From a virus (lineage: Duplodnaviria; Caudoviricetes), in the IMG/VR virus record IMGVR_UViG_3300033067_002132, positions 1-64,000 of that record: a DNA stretch of 64,000 bases. One strand, written 5' to 3'. The position numbers were made by a program, and so were the translations under genes. Position 1 is the stretch's first letter; each line of letters starts with the position of its first letter. Positions 60,038 to 64,000 of this stretch are shown here, piece after piece. The notes under the pieces are model-generated. The model was not told the origin of the DNA and did no database searches. It saw nothing but the letters and a program-made list of their open reading frames with translations.

Positions 60038-60451
60038 ATGAATCAGCGAACACTTAATCGATGCATCGAAATCGCTAAGGCAATGGCTCCGCAGAATTTG
60101 GAGCATCGCTGTAGTCATGTAACCTTTTTGATCGGTAAGGGTGGGCGAATTTGTTATATTGGTACTAATGGAAGTAAAACTCACCCTAAGATGCTTGAAT
60201 ACGATTATGATAATTATAATGATCGTAAGTGTCGTATTCATAGTGAATTTCGGACAATTTTGAAGGCATCTGTAAAAGAAAAGACAGAAGATTTGTCTCA
60301 TTTTTCTATTATGAATTTGCGTGTGGATAGAAAAGATACTCTTAACATGGGTCGCCCGTGTTCTGGTTGTATGTCTATTATTCGTCAAATGGGAATTCGT
60401 GACGTTTTCTATTCTAATCGCGAAGGCGGAATTAGTTATGAACGTGTATAA
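60038..60451 (+). CDS. Zn-dependent (cytidine/dCMP-like) deaminase
   Basis: HSE...RPCSGC. Confidence 0.75.
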   Translation: MNQRTLNRCIEIAKAMAPQNLEHRCSHVTFLIGKGGRICYIGTNGSKTHPKMLEYDYDNYNDRKCRIHSEFRTILKASVKEKTEDLSHFSIMNLRVDRKDTLNMGRPCSGCMSIIRQMGIRDVFYSNREGGISYERV

Positions 60452-61107
60452 TTTACCAATAAAAAATTATGAAAGTAACAATTGATAACGAAGATTACGA
60501 ATTAGATATCGAAAAAGCTAAAGAATTAGGTCTTCTGAAAAAGAAGATTATTCTTAAATCAGGACAGGTTTATTCTAATGGATCTGTTAAGGTTCTATTA
60601 ATTGCTGATGATAATGAGGATAGTTTTATTTTAACAGGGCGTAATGGGAATATTTGCACATGTTTTTATGATAGTCCTAAAGATATCGATATTATTTTTA
60701 ATTTAATAGAGACTAAACAATGGAAATATGTTGGCGAATTAGGAAAAGATGTATCTTTGGATTATTTTAAGACTTAATTTATGAAAATTACAATTGATAA
60801 GAAAGATTACGAATTAAACGTGGAAAAAGCAAAAGAATTAGGTGTTTTAAATGAATATCGAGAATTAACACCAGGAGATATTTATAAAACTCCTAATGTA
60901 ACGGTGATTTTAGGATATAGTCATTACGATAGAAAATTTTATTTATTTGGTGCGACACAAAATCCGTTTCTTGGTTTCGGTGACAGACCTTTAAGTGCAG
61001 AAGATATGAAAAAATATTTAAATGAAATCGATTTTAAATTTGTTAAAAACGTTTCCTTAAATATAAATGATATTTGACAAAACGGCAAATTGGATCTAAT
61101 ATGTCTT

Positions 61108-61293
61108 TGGTCCGCGGGGACCAGATAAAACCGCGCCAAGAGTCTCAATGAGGCACAAGATTCTTGGCTAATAAATGGGCCTCCATCCTGCGGGTGATGG
61201 TACAATGAGACCCGCAATTATTGTAAGTAAAGAGTTAATTAGTATTAATTCTTGCCGGGGGTAAGCGTGACTTTGAATCCGCCGCGCCCCCGG
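61108..61293 (+). ncRNA. Triple-pseudoknot RNA
   Basis: Own promoter (TTGACA 61074, TAATAT 61097); three tandem H-type pseudoknots and a 3' CCGGGGG/CCCCCGG stem. Confidence 0.6.
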
Positions 61294-61900
61294 ATTTTAA
61301 TTTCCAGAAATTATGAACGAAAATCCTAGAACCGATGTCGATATACTAAATTATTTTCATAGTTTAAATACGTTCGCACACAGATTAGGATACGGGGGCA
61401 TTACTCTAACTAAAAAATATTTTAGCCTTACTAAAAATAAAACTGAATACCGTTTTGATAAATTAGATGAACTTTCGGTATTTCTTTGTGAAAAAAAGTT
61501 TGAATAAACAAAAACATGAATATTCGCGCATTCCTTAAAAATTGTAATCCTTTTGGTAAAAAGAATTGGCCCAATAAATACGTGATTTATAAGTTTAATC
61601 CGCCGGTATATGATGGGCCATTTTCCGATGAAAAAGCTTCTGAGGTTGCCTGTGAAAGTAGATGTTTAGCGCCGCAAATGGCGAATCAAATTTATATTTC
61701 AGATAAAATTCCTAGTAACGCCGAACATATTGATGGAAAACATCTATAATATGAATTCTTTTGATAAATATAAATATTATTGTATCTTTGTAGATTGTCA
61801 GCAAGAACAAAAAGAATTAAAAGATTGTCTGGATTTCGCGGTATCCAATGGTTATAATTTAGCAGCGGATAAAATTAAAAATCTGATTCTTTAGATTAAT

Positions 61901-61987
61901 GGCGTCATGGCGGAATCGAAGACGCATTTGCCTCAAAAGCAAACGGTTTAAAAAACCATAAGGGTTCAAGTCCCTTTGACGCTACCA
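61901..61987 (+). tRNA. tRNA-Leu(CAA)
   Basis: TTTGC-CTCAAAA-GCAAA, variable arm, CCA. Confidence 0.9.
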
Positions 61988-62199
61988 TTTTATGAATAAA
62001 ATCTTTCTCCTTAATGAAAACGGAAGAATCTATGTATATAAAAATGGAATTAGTAAAGACGAGTGTCTTAATTTAGTTCTTCATTCGCCACCTAGTATTT
62101 TACATACAGATGTACAAAAATGGGTAAATAAAGCGAAACATAATTCTAGTTTTTCCTTAAATTATAAAGATAGGTTAATTTGCATCGATTTAAATCAAT

Positions 62200-62664
62200 A
62201 TGAATAATCCTAATTGGTCCGCTATTGCCGCGATGACAGATTTGCGAGTTATTGGAAATGGGCCAAAAATTCCTTGGCATATTTCTGAAGATTTTAAGCA
62301 TTTTAAGCGGACGACAATGGGAAAAACTATTGTGGTCGGCCGAAGAACTTTTGAAACGCTTCCACCATTACCCGGGCGCGATATAATTGTATTAAGTAAT
62401 AATACAACGACACTAATTAATGGCCGATTACCAATATCTATCGATACATTAAAAGAAAAGTATTGGGATAAAGAATTAATTATTTGTGGCGGCGGCGAAA
62501 TTTATAAACTTTTACTCCCATTTGTTAATCAATTGATTCTTACCAAGGTTCATTTAAACTATGAGGGTAACGTTTTCTTTCCTAAATTTGAGTCAAAATT
62601 TAATTTAACTGAAACAATTTGCCAAACTCCCATTTACAGCATCGAAATTTGGAAAAAAAAGTAA
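62200..62664 (+). CDS. folA: Dihydrofolate reductase
   Basis: VIG....IPWHISEDFKHFK..T.G..IVVGRRTFE.LP.LPGR, ICGGGEIY. Confidence 0.95.
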   Translation: MNNPNWSAIAAMTDLRVIGNGPKIPWHISEDFKHFKRTTMGKTIVVGRRTFETLPPLPGRDIIVLSNNTTTLINGRLPISIDTLKEKYWDKELIICGGGEIYKLLLPFVNQLILTKVHLNYEGNVFFPKFESKFNLTETICQTPIYSIEIWKKK

Positions 62665-62751
62665 GATATATTAATAGTTTAGTTGGAATACTGTCTATTT
62701 CAATTATTGCTTATTACATTATTAAGATATATCTATCAACAAAATAAAAAT

Positions 62752-62937
62752 ATGGAAAAAGAATTTGAATTAAATGTTTTTCAGGAACATCCTACTCATC
62801 CGCCGCACCCGAACATTCCCGAACCTAGCGTGATTGCAATTTGCATTGTCGGCGTTGCATTATTCTTTCTTTTTCGCTGGCGTAAACAATTTAGTCCGCG
62901 CAACGTTCCTATTAAATTTCATGATTTGCTCAAGTGA
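62752..62937 (+). CDS. Minimal PEP-CTERM peptide
   Basis: IPEPSVIAICIVGVALFFLFRWRK. Confidence 0.65.
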   Translation: MEKEFELNVFQEHPTHPPHPNIPEPSVIAICIVGVALFFLFRWRKQFSPRNVPIKFHDLLK

Positions 62938-63500
62938 AAATTTCTATAAGTAATCATAAGTGCCCAAATTGTCAAAATTTTCTTTATTTTAAAGAAATCG
63001 AAGAGAATCGAGTACAAATTTGGTGCGGGCAACCTGATAATATTTGTAATAATCAGGGCGCAAATGATGGAGCGGTAGCTAAAAATGAAGATTCCGCATT
63101 TACTATTTTAATGCAAAAGCTTGGATATGAATAATTTATGAAATTAGTTAAAAATTCCGAAAAAAGAGCCTTTGAAATACAAACGACCGTACCTTTCTTT
63201 TTAGATCTTCAAGCACTAAATAAAAAGTATTTCGGTGCTATTCTGGATGAAAAAAAGTTTTTTATTACACAAGAAAAATATCGTAAAGGAAATTTTAAAC
63301 TTCTTTGTTTAGAAGAATTAACTGTTGGCAATGGTATTTTTGGTTTTGAAAGTCCTGATTTCTTAGTCTTATTAAATCGTATTTATACTTCTCAATTAGA
63401 ACTTTTTGTTTTTGATAACCATAAAGATCTTCTTCGTTGGTTATTAGAATAAACAAAAAAGTATTTGACGAAAAGACAATATCAGAATAATATTACCACT

Positions 63501-63842
63501 ATGGAAAATAAAGCATATACCCTACCATCGGAAGCGCAATTTGCTGTTGAAGACGTTGCGCGATTAAACAGTATCCACAAAGCCACCGCCGCAGCCTTTG
63601 TTAAGGATCAATTCACTAAGAATCTTGTAACTAAATCAGGTAAGCGAGAAACCGGCAAGAAGGGCAAGCCTGCGACCCTTTATAGCCGAGTTACCGTCAA
63701 CGCTGCCGTTGCCGAAGTTGTTACTCAAACTCCGTCTCCGACCGTTGAGAGCGCGGGAACGCCTATTGCAGACGTTGTTAATGGAACAGCGCCCACTGTT
63801 GCCGTTGACGCTTCTATTACCGCAGAACCCGTAACCGCTTAA
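63501..63842 (+). CDS. Putative wHTH protein with Ala/Thr-rich tail
   Basis: GKKGKPATLY wing-like motif; start after a TTGACG promoter. Confidence 0.45.
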   Translation: MENKAYTLPSEAQFAVEDVARLNSIHKATAAAFVKDQFTKNLVTKSGKRETGKKGKPATLYSRVTVNAAVAEVVTQTPSPTVESAGTPIADVVNGTAPTVAVDASITAEPVTA

Positions 63843-63870
63843 TTTAAATTAAAAAGGAGATAAAAAAGAT

Positions 63871-63896
63871 GGGGGCGAACAATCGCCCCCTTTTTT
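63871..63896 (+). terminator. Intrinsic terminator
   Basis: GGGGGCGA/TCGCCCCC + T tract. Confidence 0.8.
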
Positions 63897-64000
63897 ATTT
63901 ATTTTATGGATATCGATGCCTCTTTTATTGAAAAATATAAGTTTCTAATTCATTATAACATTAGAAAGTTTTCTAACTATTATGGAAGTTTAAATCGTTA

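Noticed and set aside
41899-60388. Short antisense ORFs inside genes (41899, 43428, 43883, 48422, 49421, 54856, 57215, 59903)
   Set aside because: They are nested opposite well-supported genes, with no motifs and no GTGTA element.

Overview
Very AT-rich, densely coding segment of a large (probably jumbo) lytic bacteriophage genome, using the standard genetic code with almost all genes on the + strand. Host-like accessory proteins (PEP-CTERM peptide, prepilin-type leader, Fn3/'YS.DL.NW' domains) suggest a PVC host, possibly Verrucomicrobia; this is inference. 1-25 kb: a Ro60/TROVE-like vWA gene (DUF2828-like) and vWA genes, then a dispersed array of about 34 tRNA/tRNA-like genes, a tmRNA, several unannotated structured RNAs and five free-standing homing-type endonucleases. 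28-64 kb: rIIA/rIIB, a split PRS-like + NAMPT-like pair (NARP1-like NAD+ rebuilding), an amidoligase/GATase/ATP-grasp/NADAR cluster, an RlmN-like radical SAM enzyme, HD/MazG/RuvB-like/deaminase/DHFR genes, a lone tRNA-Leu and many small hypothetical ORFs (not all listed). Strongest candidate for an undescribed system: four copies of a small RNA with a conserved closing helix (AGAUMCR / YGKAUCU) followed by an invariant ACAGCAA. Each carries a different cargo: a tRNA body lacking a CCA end, a circularly permuted tRNA, a plain hairpin, or a bare anticodon stem-loop. They lie downstream of the Ro60-like gene, suggesting a Y-RNA-like RNP of tRNA mimics. Other notable signals: a leader-peptide attenuator ahead of the tRNA array, systematic rewiring of the tRNA elbow (A18/G55 with 19-56 covariation), a coiled-coil gene followed by a repeat-loop RNA, a triple-pseudoknot RNA, and a GTGTA late-promoter-like motif in front of nine endonuclease genes. 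All calls were made by eye; no database search or folding computation was run.
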